In this document: positions 40,394 to 52,376 of the stretch, in pieces
Layout: the number at the start of each line of letters is the position of its first letter
Numbering within the stretch: position 1 is the first letter of the stretch
NCBI RefSeq assembly: GCF_006345805.1
Contig: NC_043017.1
Coordinates: 2,542,001-2,606,000 of the forward strand
Direction: 5' to 3'
Length of the DNA: 64,000 bases
From: Octopus sinensis
Lineage: Eukaryota
Position numbers and translations under genes: made by a program
The notes under the pieces: generated by a model
What the model saw: the letters and a program-made list of their open reading frames with translations, nothing else
The model's database searches: none
Told to the model about the DNA's origin: nothing

Positions 40394-40727
40394 ACAATAC
40401 CAGTGATCGTAGGAGCACTAGGAATGATCAAGAAGGGAACCGAAAATTATATGAGAATGATCCCTGGCTTACCATCCCTGCAAGAAGTGCAAAAGATTGT
40501 CTTAACTGGTAAATCACACGTATTGAGAAGAGCATTGTCGATGTGAGAACTATTACTACTGATGTATTTTAATTTAACTTTAAAAGAAAAAAGAAAAAAA
40601 AATTAACGAACTAGTGAGTTTAGTTTAATGGCCTCCCAATGTATACTATGAGTTTCTTTGCCCTAGGAGTCGGGAAGACACTCGGCAAGAAATGGAAGCA
40701 AATTTGAAAGAAGAAGAAAAACCCATA
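40394..40727 (+). mobile_element. R4/Dong-type (restriction-like endonuclease) non-LTR retrotransposon 3' fragment inside (TAA)n
   Basis: TIPVIVGALGMIKK...LQEVQKIVLTGKSHVLRRALSM* (stop at 40546) is a typical RLE C-terminus; (AAT)n on both sides. Confidence 0.8.
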
Positions 40728-40770
<43 letters not shown>

Positions 40771-40777
40771 GTAATGA

Positions 40778-41366
40778 TCCTTTTTACTATGGGCATAAGG
40801 CCTGGAATTTTGTGGGAGGGCACTAGTCGATTACATCGACCCCAGTGTTTCACTGGTACTTAATTTATCAACGCCGAAAGGATGAAAGGCAAAGTCGACT
40901 TCGGCGGAATTTGAATTCAGAACGCAGTGACAGACGAAATACCTATTTCTATTTCTTTACTACCCACAAGGGGCTAAACACAGAAAGGACAGACAAGGAC
41001 GGACAAACGGATTAAGTCGATTATATGGACTCCGGTGTGTAACTGGTACTTATTTAATCGAACCCGAAAGGATGAAAGGTAAAGTCGACCTCGGTGGAAT
41101 TTGAACTCAGAACGTAGCGGCAGACGAAATACCTATTTCTTTATTACCCACAAGGGGATAAAACACAGAGGGGACAAACAAGGACAGACAAAAGGATTAA
41201 GTCGATTACATCGACCCCAGTGCATAACTGGTACTTAATTTATCGACCCCGAAAGGATGAAAGGCAAAGTCGAACTCGGTGGAATTTGAACTCAGAACGC
41301 AGCGACAGACGAAATGCCGCAAAGCATTTCGCCCGGCGTGGTAACGTTTCTGCCACCTCGCCGCCT
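40778..41366 (-). mobile_element. Head-to-tail SINE-A trimer
   Basis: Units 41366-41133, 41132-40943 and 40942-40778; both junctions read gaaatag|gtatttcgtc on the SINE strand. Confidence 0.9.
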
Positions 41367-41478
41367 CAGGAATAATAATCTTTTCTACTAAAAGCACAAG
41401 ACATGACATTTCGGAGAAGAGAACTAATTGATTATATCGACCCCAGTGCATAACTGGTTCTTATTTCGATGAACTAAC

Positions 41479-41517
<39 letters not shown>

Positions 41518-41683
41518 GGCGGCGAGCCTTAGACACAAACACCCTCGCGGAAACTTTCGTATTATTTTTGAGACAATATGTTGTAATGTACATTCATTTA
41601 TGGTCATGAAATGTACATATCGTGTTATGCTGAAGCGAGTGTAATTACAGAATTAAATATGATACCATAAATTCCACTTTTTA

Positions 41684-41727
41684 ATGGTATTTCAGTTTGA
41701 GAGAATTCTCCCAAACTGAAATACCAT
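41684..41727. repeat. 44-bp near-perfect palindrome
   Basis: atggtatttcagtttg-a-gagaattctc-c-caaactgaaataccat; one mismatched pair. Confidence 0.95.
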
Positions 41728-42139
41728 CAAGGAAAAGGGCTGACTTATTTTTCTGTTAGATTCGATGTTTGGAAATTGAAGTGAAAGGTGCATCTGGAAG
41801 CTATTCAGAAGAAACTTCTTCTGTTGACTGCATTTAGAAATTAGCTCTGATGTTCATTCGAGTGATATATAGGAAGCTGCTTGACTATATGGAACTTTCC
41901 AGGGAAATAAAGCCTGCGGTTTCTTATCCGTTGAAATACGGAATCGTCAGACAAAATGCTTATAGCGGCGTTTCCTCCGATACTTTCTGAGTTCAAATTC
42001 TGCCGCAGTTAACTTTGCCTTTCATCCTTTCGGGAATGACAGAAATAAGTACCAGTAAACTACTAGGGTCAATGTAATTGACTGACTCCTATCCCTCAAA
42101 ATTGCTGGTCTTGTACCAAAATTAGAAAGAAAAGTGCAT

Positions 42140-42170
<31 letters not shown>

Positions 42171-43099
42171 CCTCTTTTCCAGCTCCATCGCTATCTGCGT
42201 CCATTCCTGTGGCTGTCTGCCTCTCCTCCCCTCTCTCACCATATATGTTCTCTGCGTGGGAGCCTCTACGTGGTCATATCGCTAACTAGAAACAGAAGCC
42301 AGTTCCTCATGTATTGTCTTGAAAATTCGGAGACACATTCAATGATGCCCTGCTGAAGGAATCATCATTCGTGAAACGGCCGGAGTGGTCATGGCTAGAA
42401 TGTCTTTGATTAAAGGTCTACTTAATCCTTCGATCTAAACAACAACATCAACACTAGGCTCAGCTCTTTGAGAACATCTGTATGGTCATTCGACTCGCTA
42501 GATATAGCAGTCAAATCTTCCTTCAAAATCGTATTCCACAATCTTCAAAAGCAGATCATATTGGTTACCTCGCATAATGCTACATCATCTGCCCAAATAT
42601 ACCGATGAGGTGGTCATCGATTGGAATGTCTTTGATCATAAGTCGACTTAATCAGAGTTGAGCAGCAACAGAAACTTTTCCATCCGTATCCATCACCCGA
42701 AGCCACTACGCCGCCACTCGACCTGCTAGAAATAACAGCCAACTCTCTTCAAATTCCATCCTACCCTCTTAAAAACGGATGCGTTGTATTATAATATTGT
42801 TCTGGGTTCTTTGCTCGTGGGAAAAGACAGTTTTGGAATTCATTTGAATAGCAACGATAACAAACTTCGCGGTCTGTCTGTCTGTCACCCTTTTATCTGC
42901 CTACATTCTATCACTATCTATCGGTATTCCTGTAGAGTAGAGTCGGAAATCATTTGGTGCCTCGACAAATACCATGTTTACATCGGATCTATATGGTTTA
43001 AGTATCCTATAATAAGAATCTACCAAAATAAGAAAGAAAGAGAGAGAGAAAGAGATCTATGTGTGAATGGTTTTGCACCTCCTTCCCTTTCCGTAAATT

Positions 43100-43318
43100 T
43101 TTTAGTTTCGTCTGGTTTTGGAAAATTTTCGGGGAATTTCGTTTCGCATAATTTTAAAGAAATAATCTTCATGTTTACATATAAATTTGTAAAAAAAAAA
43201 GACGAAAAATGTTCAAAAGAAAGTCAAAACTGAAAGACTGCCGGAGTAGGTGTCCCCTTTCATTATTATTATTATTAATAATAATAATAATGATGATGTT
43301 GATGATGATGATGATGAC

Positions 43319-43366
<48 letters not shown>

Positions 43367-43449
43367 TTTTGTAAACAAGAAGATTATTTCTTTAAAATTA
43401 TGCGAAACTAAATTCCCCGAAAAATTTCCAAAACAAGACGAAACTAAAA
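43100..43449. repeat. 80-bp inverted repeat with a 190-bp spacer
   Basis: 43100-43179 versus the reverse complement of 43370-43449: 76/80 identical, no gaps. Confidence 0.95.
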
Positions 43450-44136
43450 GTGTTTGGAGGCTGGGGTTTTGGAAATTTTCACAATTTACGATTCTCAAAA
43501 CTTACAGCTCCGGAGAAACTACGATTTCCAGCGCTCTCGATTAATATCCGACTCTATTCTCCCGGAATGCTTCTTATCCATTACATCTCCGTATCAGCTT
43601 CTACAGTCCATCACCACAAAACTTATCTATTTTTCCCCTTTCTTTCCATCCACCTATCATCACCACCACCACCAGCACCGACACCATCATCACAGCCACC
43701 ACCACCACCACCACCACCACCAGCATCTCTCTCGCCCATCTCTCCATCTCATTCGATAGTAGCACCACCATTAATAATATGCTTTTAGACATAGGTAAAT
43801 TATTAAATCAGAACAAAAAACACGATCTAGTTTTATCTCTGCAGAAGATAAAGACACATCAGAGATACGTGTGTGCATGCGCGCGCATACACACACACAC
43901 ACACATCCAATAGAAGGAGAGACAGATAGTTATTGTAAGGGTGGTGGTGGTGGTGGTGGTGGTGGTGGTGTATTAAGCATGACTCTCTCTCCTCTCGTTT
44001 GTTTATTGTCTCTCCTATTGTTACTTTATAATTGCTTTTCCATTTGCCGTTACTTAAGCTGCAGCTAATATGATAGCGCTCTCCCCACCACCACCACCAC
44101 CACCTCTCTCTCTCCCTCCTTCTCTCGTTCCCTTAC

Positions 44137-44167
<31 letters not shown>

Positions 44168-44834
44168 AATGCTGTAGCACTAGTAATAGCGACATGGCGG
44201 CGGCGGAGGAATCGGAGGGTAAGGAGGGTGGGGAGAGAGGGATCGGAGATGACCTTATCTCGTCGAAACCGAACAACATTAAATATCTCCGTTTCTGTCT
44301 CTCTCTCTCTGCCTCCGAGGGTCCCCCACCCCTGTCTCCACCCCATCCCCCAGAATTCTAATTTTCTCATGATGACGAAAGAAAGACAGAAACAAACGGA
44401 GAGAGAGAGAGAGAGAAAGGCCTTATCCAGTTTCACATATATCTGATTCGCTTCTGTTTAATAAATAAAGATGGGGGGGGGGTTCGGTAGAGAAGCGGAC
44501 AAAATTCCTTGAAGTATTTAATCCGGCCACTTTTATGTTTCTTTTTGTTCGACGTTCAAATCCCTTCGATGTCAGACGGCTTTACCTTTCGCTCTTTTGA
44601 AGGGTCTGAGAAGGGGGTTTCATAATATAAGGACCAGGTAAACACAGTCGTTGTTATTGCATAGTATCTGGTCTGATCTTATTCTACAGAATTATGGTCA
44701 ATGATTCCAGCCGTGCAAGAGACTTTGGTTGCTGTTTCCTTCTCCACCAGTTGTTAGGTCTGACTGAGCTGACCTATGATCAAAAATAGTCCAACCGTGA
44801 CCGGCCCATTTGTTGTTTTTCATACAGTCAGGTG

Positions 44835-45162
44835 CAGGCGTGGTTGCATGAAGTTTCCTTCCAAACCACACTGCTTCGAGTTCAGTTCCACTGTGTGGAA
44901 ATTTCGGCAAGTGTCTTCAACTATAGCCTTGGGCCGACCAAAATCTTCTGAGTGGAAACACTGAACGAACCCGTCGCATATATGTGTGTGTGTGTGTGTG
45001 TGTCAGTAGGCGTAGCTGTGTGGTAAGAAGTTTGCTTTTCAACCACATGGTTCTGGGTTCAGTCTCATTGCGTGGGACCTTGGCTAAGTATCTTCTACTA
45101 TAGCTTCGAGCCGACCAAATCGTTATGAGTGGATTTGGTGGACGGAAACAGAAAAATGCCCG

Positions 45163-45165
<3 letters not shown>
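44835..45165 (+). mobile_element. Two tandem SINE-B 5' modules
   Basis: B head at about 44835-44978 and 45008-45165, each ending in a microsatellite. Confidence 0.75.
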
Positions 45166-45208
<43 letters not shown>

Positions 45209-45214
45209 GTAAAT

Positions 45215-46064
45215 CCTTAAAAATGTTTCCGCCCGAAAGCTGCGGCCATGCTGGGGCACTACCGTTGAATGAACTACACTAGTATGTGAAACTACCTCTG
45301 ATACGTGGCACTTGGTCAACAAGGGAGGTCGACGCCGCTGCTCGCATCTGTGTTTCCTGCCGAGAGGTAGGTTCATCTGGAACCCCTGACAAGAAGAGAT
45401 CCAGTTCAGTTCTAAAGAAACCCACATCCACACCATGCAGGTCTCTCAGGCATTTAGGAAGGATATTGAAGAGCTGTGGTCCCCTGAAACCCAAGCTGTT
45501 GCAGTATCTGGTCCTGTATGTTGATGGTGATGTTGGGATCTTTGGCACCATGCAGTGGCGCCCCGTTCTGCTGTTGCGGTAACTTTCAATGCCAAAATTC
45601 GGGACAAGACTCTCCAGGATTTTCCAGATGTATATCACTGCATATCACGTCCGCCTTCGCTCTAGGGAGAAGAGTTTTAATACTTTCAGTCTTTTCCAGT
45701 AGCTGATATGTTGCATTGAGACGATCTTCTTAGTGTAGCTTCGTTGGATTGCTTCGAGTTCTACTGTTAACTTTATATTGTGTGGTGACCATAGTTGGGA
45801 GCTGTAGTCCAAGCTACTGAGGAAGAATGTCTTCCAATGCACCATCAGTGTCTCCTTCTCTCTTGTTCTGAAAGTTCGGAGGATCCATCCAGCTAGCCAT
45901 CTGCATTTTATTACCAAATTGGCAATATGCAATTGGAAAGATGCATCATTGCTCATGTCAATGCCCAGGTCACGCACTGATTTTGACTCAGGAATTGCAA
46001 TTCTTCCCGGGCCAGTGTATCCAGTCTGCATGTCGTTCACCTTTGTGTGCAGGTAGCGCAGGGC
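45215..46064 (-). mobile_element. 5'-truncated CR1-clade LINE, related to 33695-36736
   Basis: ORFs 45645-46040 (VRDLGIDMS...GWILRTFRTR...LDYSSQLWSP...LERRR) and 45279-45638; same 3' tail. Confidence 0.92.
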
Positions 46065-46407
46065 TACCTTTGTTTCTTGGCCTCTATGTGGTCGTTCCTT
46101 TGCTAGAAATAACAGCCTTCCCTCTCAAATCTACACAATATTAATCCTTTGTCTGTGCAAAACATTTTCATGATTTGACCCGAAACGTCCAGGCTTGTTT
46201 TCATGTTTTGGGTTGCACATTGTTTCATGTTTGGAGTAATAGAAACCTTTCGTTTTAAAAATCTCACATTATTCTGGTGGCTGAAAAAAATTGGATGTGT
46301 GTATCATATATAAGAGTTCGCAAAATGCGAAGAAATGGAATGAAGAAAATTGTGTGTGTAAGGTTCATACCTTAAAAAGAGATCACTTAATGTGTGTGTG
46401 TGTGTGT

Positions 46408-46474
<67 letters not shown>

Positions 46475-46970
46475 CGTGCGTAAGAAAAGTTGAATATGAT
46501 TTTTAGCTATATTAAATTGTCAGAACATTACAGACAGTTTATTGTAGCCCCTGATGGGATCCGTTTTGCTGAACAACCATGTTTTCTTAGGGGTTCCGCC
46601 AAAACGCCTTGTGATGTTGTTTCGATACGTTCATACACAGACACACACGCGCTCGTGTGTGTGTGTGTGTTTATTTATATATATATTTATTTATATAGGG
46701 TGTGTTATAGAAAATAGAGGCGAACACCTTTCTTGATGTGATCGATTTGAAAAATTGCTAAGACACGAGCATTATTTTTCCACTTTTCTTGACATGAAAC
46801 CATTGGTAGCTTTAATTCATTCACAAATAAAGAAATTATATCCACCAATGGTGTATTAAACATTCATTTTCATCGTTCGACATTTGCGTATAAATATGCA
46901 TATATATATATATATATATATGCATGCATACATACATACATACAGATAGATAGACACATAGATAGATAGG

Positions 46971-47031
<61 letters not shown>

Positions 47032-49629
47032 TAGTCATTGCGCTAGGTCTGTTTTGACAGAGTTTACACGGGGTTAGCCGTGTAAGCAATCATATAAGAA
47101 CTAAAGACGAAGCTTCCACGCAGTCGCTGAAATCAGCTAAAAATAGCAGCTGCTGAAAAAAATATTAATTAAAACGATGAATTTGATTGTGTTGTTCTTA
47201 ATACAGTATGAAGAAGAAAAAAACCAACAACTAGTTGTTAACGACCGAACTCTTTCATTATAGGCCTTGCTCATCCTGGGATGATCTGGAGCTTTTAACA
47301 AGCTGAAGGCTTTTATGATTCATTCCAATTGAATGGACCCACTTTAATCACCAGTATTTCCTTACCGACCGCAATTGCAGGTAAACATAATACGAACGAC
47401 CACATTTGGTACAAACTCCATCGTGTTTTATATGCTTCGGAGAATCGTGATGTAATATTTGTGATATGAATGTCTTTCCTAATGTCTCATCCAGGTTAAT
47501 TATTATCGAACTGACCTGTGATCAAAAGTATTCGATCTGTGTCTTTCCCGTCTTATTTTCAGACCTAGTGTTTGGAAGAGTACACTATCTAATATGTCCT
47601 TCCTTGTGAAATTCGAAGGATATTAGCTTGCTATTTCGAGCTCTTAGATCGGGTACAGGGTATATCGATTACCTCGATACAGATTGTTGTTTGGTCCCCA
47701 TGTCAGCCCAGGTACAACAGAGCTGTGATTAAATGTGAGACACACCTTTAATTACAGGTCTGTCGTGACCATGCTGTCCTTTTTAAGAGTACATCTACCC
47801 TTATCCAATGTGTCTTCCCCTTTTTAAAAGACAGGGGGTGGTGGTGAAGATTTTAGCTGCTATTTCTAGCAGGACGAGCGTGCTCCATGCCAATGGCGAA
47901 GTGAAATGGAGGTGGATGGCAGAATCGCTAGAGCGCCAGACAAACTGCCTCCGATATTCAGTGTTCTCTCGACACTCTGCGTTCAAACTCCGCCGAGGTT
48001 ATCTTTACATTTCATCCTTCCTGGAGTCCAAAAATATAAAGCACTTAAGCCGATATAAATATGATATTCGCATGAAGTATCCTAGATGTGAATGTAACGA
48101 AGATATGGCTTAGAGAGGGAATGGAAACTGGATCAGGGATCGAATTATCGTGGAGGCTGCAATATTTAAAAAATAATAATGCTAAGGATTTTTGAGCTGC
48201 TCGTGCACTTTTCAAGGTCATTAGTTGTCTGAGATGTGAAGGGACCAGCATGGAATCGGTAAACCTACCACAATCAGATTTTATGTTCTAATAATATTAT
48301 AATCGCTTATCTTCTTTGCTCAAATGCCAGAAGAAAGAGATGAAATATTTATGACTCCCTTTCTTAAAGGTATTGGTAGCGCGATGCAAAGGGGACTTGC
48401 ATCAACCAGGAATCGAACCTGAGCCGGAATTTCGATTCCACAGAGAACTTCAACGCTTTCGCACTCCGACGATACTCGTCGATTTTATAATAACAACGAT
48501 AATAATTAACAACACGTGTTACGTAGAAAACGAGCGAATGTAGTAAAAGTTTAGAAGCGTTGTTACATATTGATTAGCAGTTCGAATTTCGATGAAATCT
48601 GCATTGTTTTTTTAATTCCTCCTGGGTCAATAAACTAAATACAGCGAGATCGCTTCGGCCCAAAGCACTCCTCACTCTGTCAGAACACGGGCCTTGTGCC
48701 TAACCAAAACAAAAGAAACACAATTAAAATCATATAATTAATAAACCTATTTTATTATCCGCGTGTGAAGTGCTTTTGTTGTTCGTTCCACGCTTTAACT
48801 GCAAAATACTGGCCTTCATTTGGCCTCTGCCGTCCAATCTACGGAAGGGAAACATTTTTTCTTCTCTCTTTCCGTAAAGAGCGACACTTAATCAGTCTCT
48901 ACTATTACTACTACTCACACTCTCACTCCTCCCCTTTTCCTTTTCCTCTCTCTATATTTCTTTATCTCTCAGTATTTTCCTTCTCTCTCTCTCCCTCTTT
49001 CTCTCTATACCTCTCTTTTTCTCCATCCACCTCTTCCCATCCCTCTAGTTTTTCTCCCTAATTTCAATTATAGCGTTTTTATTAAATTTCCTCTCACCAC
49101 CACCATCACCACCACCACCACTCTTAGTACTACTACTACAACTACTACTACTACTACTACCTGTCTTACGATTATTTTCGGTCCCCCTCTCTCATATACT
49201 CCTTCGTTTCTATTTCCGCTCCTCCCCCTCTCTCATATGCTCCTTCGTTTCTAGTTCCGCTCCTCCCCCTCTCTCTCTTTGATCGTTTCACCTTCCCCCC
49301 TTCATTTCAATTATGTTGTGTTTTATATTAACTTTCCTTCTTCCCCCCCCCTTCGTTTTTGCTCAGCATCACTCGCCTCTCTCTCTCTCCCTCTCTCTCT
49401 ATAAATACACACACACACACACACACACGCATCATATACATACATAGACGCACACACACACACACACATGTACGATGTGATGTGTGTATAATACAAATAG
49501 AATAACTGGCTTGAACACAATATTGCCGTAATTTCTCGTACATATACAAGCAATCAGACATCACACGGGGTCGACAGAGCTCGGAGTGAGTGCGTGATTG
49601 AGTGAGTAGGAGACGGAGGAGGAAAATAG

Positions 49630-50363
49630 TCAGTTTACAGCAGGAGCGAGAAAGAAGAAAAGGTAAAAAGCATTAAAAACAATAACAATAATAATAATGA
49701 TGATGATGATGATGATAGAGGAAGAAAGAAGGTGAGTAGAAGAAGAAGAGGGTGATTGTATTATAGAAAGGTGTGTGTGTGTGTGTTATGATTGAGAGAC
49801 AGAAGAAGAAGAAGAAGAAGAGAGCGAGGCGGCGGCATAGGCAGTGCTTGCACCTCCCGCAATTAACCGCTTCTGACTCGACCCTAGCAACACTGTTAGT
49901 GCCATTAATAACGAGTGCCGCTTGCCATCGACATCACTAGGTTTTTCTCAGTCGCTTTCTAATCATACGGAAAAACAGGGGGAAAAAAAAATTAATCCCC
50001 CACCTTCGTTCTCTCTTCCCCGACAGCAGCACTCATCATATTTTGAAGCCGTGATATTTATTATTATTATTATTATTATTACATCTTAGTACACGATCGT
50101 TTATTATTAATTATTATTACTACATTATTACTATTATTGCTATTACTACATCGGTTAAAATACTTGATTTCTCAACTTCGTTTTACTTCGTGTAAATTGG
50201 AAAATATGTAAAAGAAAAACAACAACAACAATAACAAAAGCAATCAACCACAACAAAAACAACAACAACACGACACACAAAAAAAGACGAAAACGACGGA
50301 AAAAAAAAACAATTACAATTTTTTTTTCTTATTACTGTTCGAGTCTTCTTGCTTTTTTCAAAG
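49630..50363 (+). promoter_or_regulatory. Putative LMO4 promoter and non-coding first exon(s)
   Basis: Inr-like TCAGTT (49630) with donor AAG|GTGAGT after 49731; RFX-like CCTAGCAAC near 49883; Inr-like TCAGTC (49948) with donor AAG|GTAACT after 50363. Motif-based only. Confidence 0.4.
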
Positions 50364-50617
50364 GTAACTTCATCTCTTCACGGAATACATATGTATGTAC
50401 ATCATATTAATTTTATTTATTGTGTGTATATATATATATATATATAGTAAGCACAACTTATATCACCATAAAAGTTGTGTTTGTATATATATATATTTGT
50501 GTGTGTGTGTGTGTGTATGTAGTGATTTGATGGGTGAATCTGATGTTGCCAATTGAATGTCATTTATCTGGAAACATTTATTTCCACAGTATATAAATAC
50601 AGTGTCTACACGCCCGC

Positions 50618-50663
<46 letters not shown>

Positions 50664-50753
50664 AATGGGTGTGTGTTGTTGTATGTATATGTGATTTTTC
50701 TGTACGTGTTTTAAGTTAATTTCTGTCTTGTTTTCTTGTACATTTTCTACCAG

Positions 50754-51487
50754 GTAAAATAATTCTATCAACAGTCACCGCAGAAGAAGGTGAAAACAAA
50801 AGAGAGAAAAACAAACAACAACGAAAATCCAAAAAGAGAGAAAAAAAAGCCAACCTCGTCCCCCCACTCTCGGTAACTCTGTGAAGGAGAGAGAGAGAAA
50901 GACAAGAGTTGGATGTTCTTCATTCTTTCACTAATTGACTGTGGAGTAAACACATTAAGCCAGGAAAAAGACTTTGGAAGGAAAAAATTTACACAAAATT
51001 ATTAATACAAGTCGACAGCGGCAACAGCAGAAAAAAACACATCAAGAATTTCTCTTTTTTAAAAAAAAATCTTATTAATTGATCATCGGTTTTTACCCAG
51101 AAATACTTCGATATAGATATATATATTATATATATATATATATATTTATATGTAGAATTCACCACGTTTATGCAACAACCAGCACACACACACTTCACAA
51201 TAATACGTTCTTGCGGAAACGCATCAATTATAACATCAACCCCCGCCAAAAAACACCATCATCAAAAAGCAATCACACACCATCCTTTTTCGTTCTTTAT
51301 TATAATATAATTTAATATCATCATTGCTGGGGTTGTTTTTTTTTTTAAAAAAAAAACAAACCCCCCCTACCCGATTCTCTAGATCTAAATATTTTCTTTG
51401 CTTCGAGGGAAAATACCCAGAAAACCGAAAATTGACAAAAAACAGACAACGAAGAAAAAGGCGAAAAAGAAAGAGGTCCAACAGAGA
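50754..51487 (+). other. Putative 5' UTR part of the LMO4 first coding exon
   Basis: Strong acceptor ttaatttctgtcttgttttcttgtacattttctaccag| ending at 50753; in-frame stop TAA at 51386-51388 upstream of the ATG. A weaker alternative acceptor ends at 51382. Confidence 0.45.
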
Positions 51488-51705
51488 ATGACTGCTCCGG
51501 GTGATACTGCTACCAAACCGACCGGTTTAAAAATGTGTTTTGGCTGTGGTGGTCGAATTTGCGATAGATTCATGCTACATGCTGTTGACCACTATTGGCA
51601 CACGAGTTGTTTGAAATGCCACTGCTGTCAGGCTCCGCTCGGAGAACTTGGTTCCTCGTGTTTCACAAAAAGCGGAATGATTTTATGTAAAGAAGATTAT
51701 ATCAG
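51488..51705 (+). CDS. LMO4: LIM domain only protein 4-like, first coding exon (LIM1 domain); gene continues beyond the window
   Basis: MTAPGDTATKPTGLKMCFGCGGRICDRFMLHAVDHYWHTSCLKCHCCQAPLGELGSSCFTKSGMILCKEDYIR has LIM spacing C-x2-C-x17-H-x2-C-x2-C-x2-C-x19-C-x2-D and LMO4-type CCQA.LG..G.SC.TKSGMILC..DYIR. ATG has A at -3; phase-2 donor AG|GTATGT after 51705. Confidence 0.93.
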
Positions 51706-52334
51706 GTATGTCGTCGAATTTTTGGGGGTCGTTTAAAAGAAAAAAAAAAAAGAAACAAGAAAGAAAAAGAGCTGAAAAAAAAAAATTGCAAACAGAAAAA
51801 AAAAATGCATTTGTATTAATTGTAATGTTCCATCGTGGGCGGAGAGGGATTTTGGTAACATCGCCCTTAATACCTTTATTTACTTCTCTAACTCTTAATT
51901 GTTATTCGTCGTCGTTAAACCTTTCTACATCCTATATATTTACCCCATCCAATTACCCCCATGCAGACACAGATACCCCGAAATCATGGATTTCTTTTCT
52001 TATTCTTTTTATTTAACCGAGAATGAAAAAACCCAAACACCAACCTGACTCAGTTGTATGATTAGTCAACGAAATGGAGGAGACTAACCTAATTTATAGT
52101 AATCACATTACTGATTATTAATATTTAAAGCAGCAAATTTCTCTTTAATTAGTTATAGAGATTTGCTTAGTTTCGTGTTTTTTTTTTCTATTCCAATAAC
52201 TAATAAACCATGCTTAGATTTAACTATGCTTTTTCTCATTTCCCAACCATCGCTCACACCACACATAGTATAATATATATCCTTCTAGTTCCTTTTTTTC
52301 TTCTGTCTTCTACCGTTGGAATATAACACTCTTC

Positions 52335-52376
<42 letters not shown>

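Noticed and set aside
41910-41950. Minus-strand ctgacga...cgga-taa-gaaa hammerhead-like order
   Set aside because: No stem I, no U16.1, extra bases; overlaps a decayed SINE-A head.
48398-48421. Minus-strand caggttcgattcctggttgatgca resembling a tRNA-Gly 3' end
   Set aside because: Only the T-arm and acceptor 3' strand are present; no matching 5' half, so not an intact tRNA.
51398-51487. Lys-rich N-terminal extension of the LMO4 ORF from TTG
   Set aside because: A-rich UTR-like sequence with an in-frame stop at 51386 and no ATG; ATG 51488 has good context.
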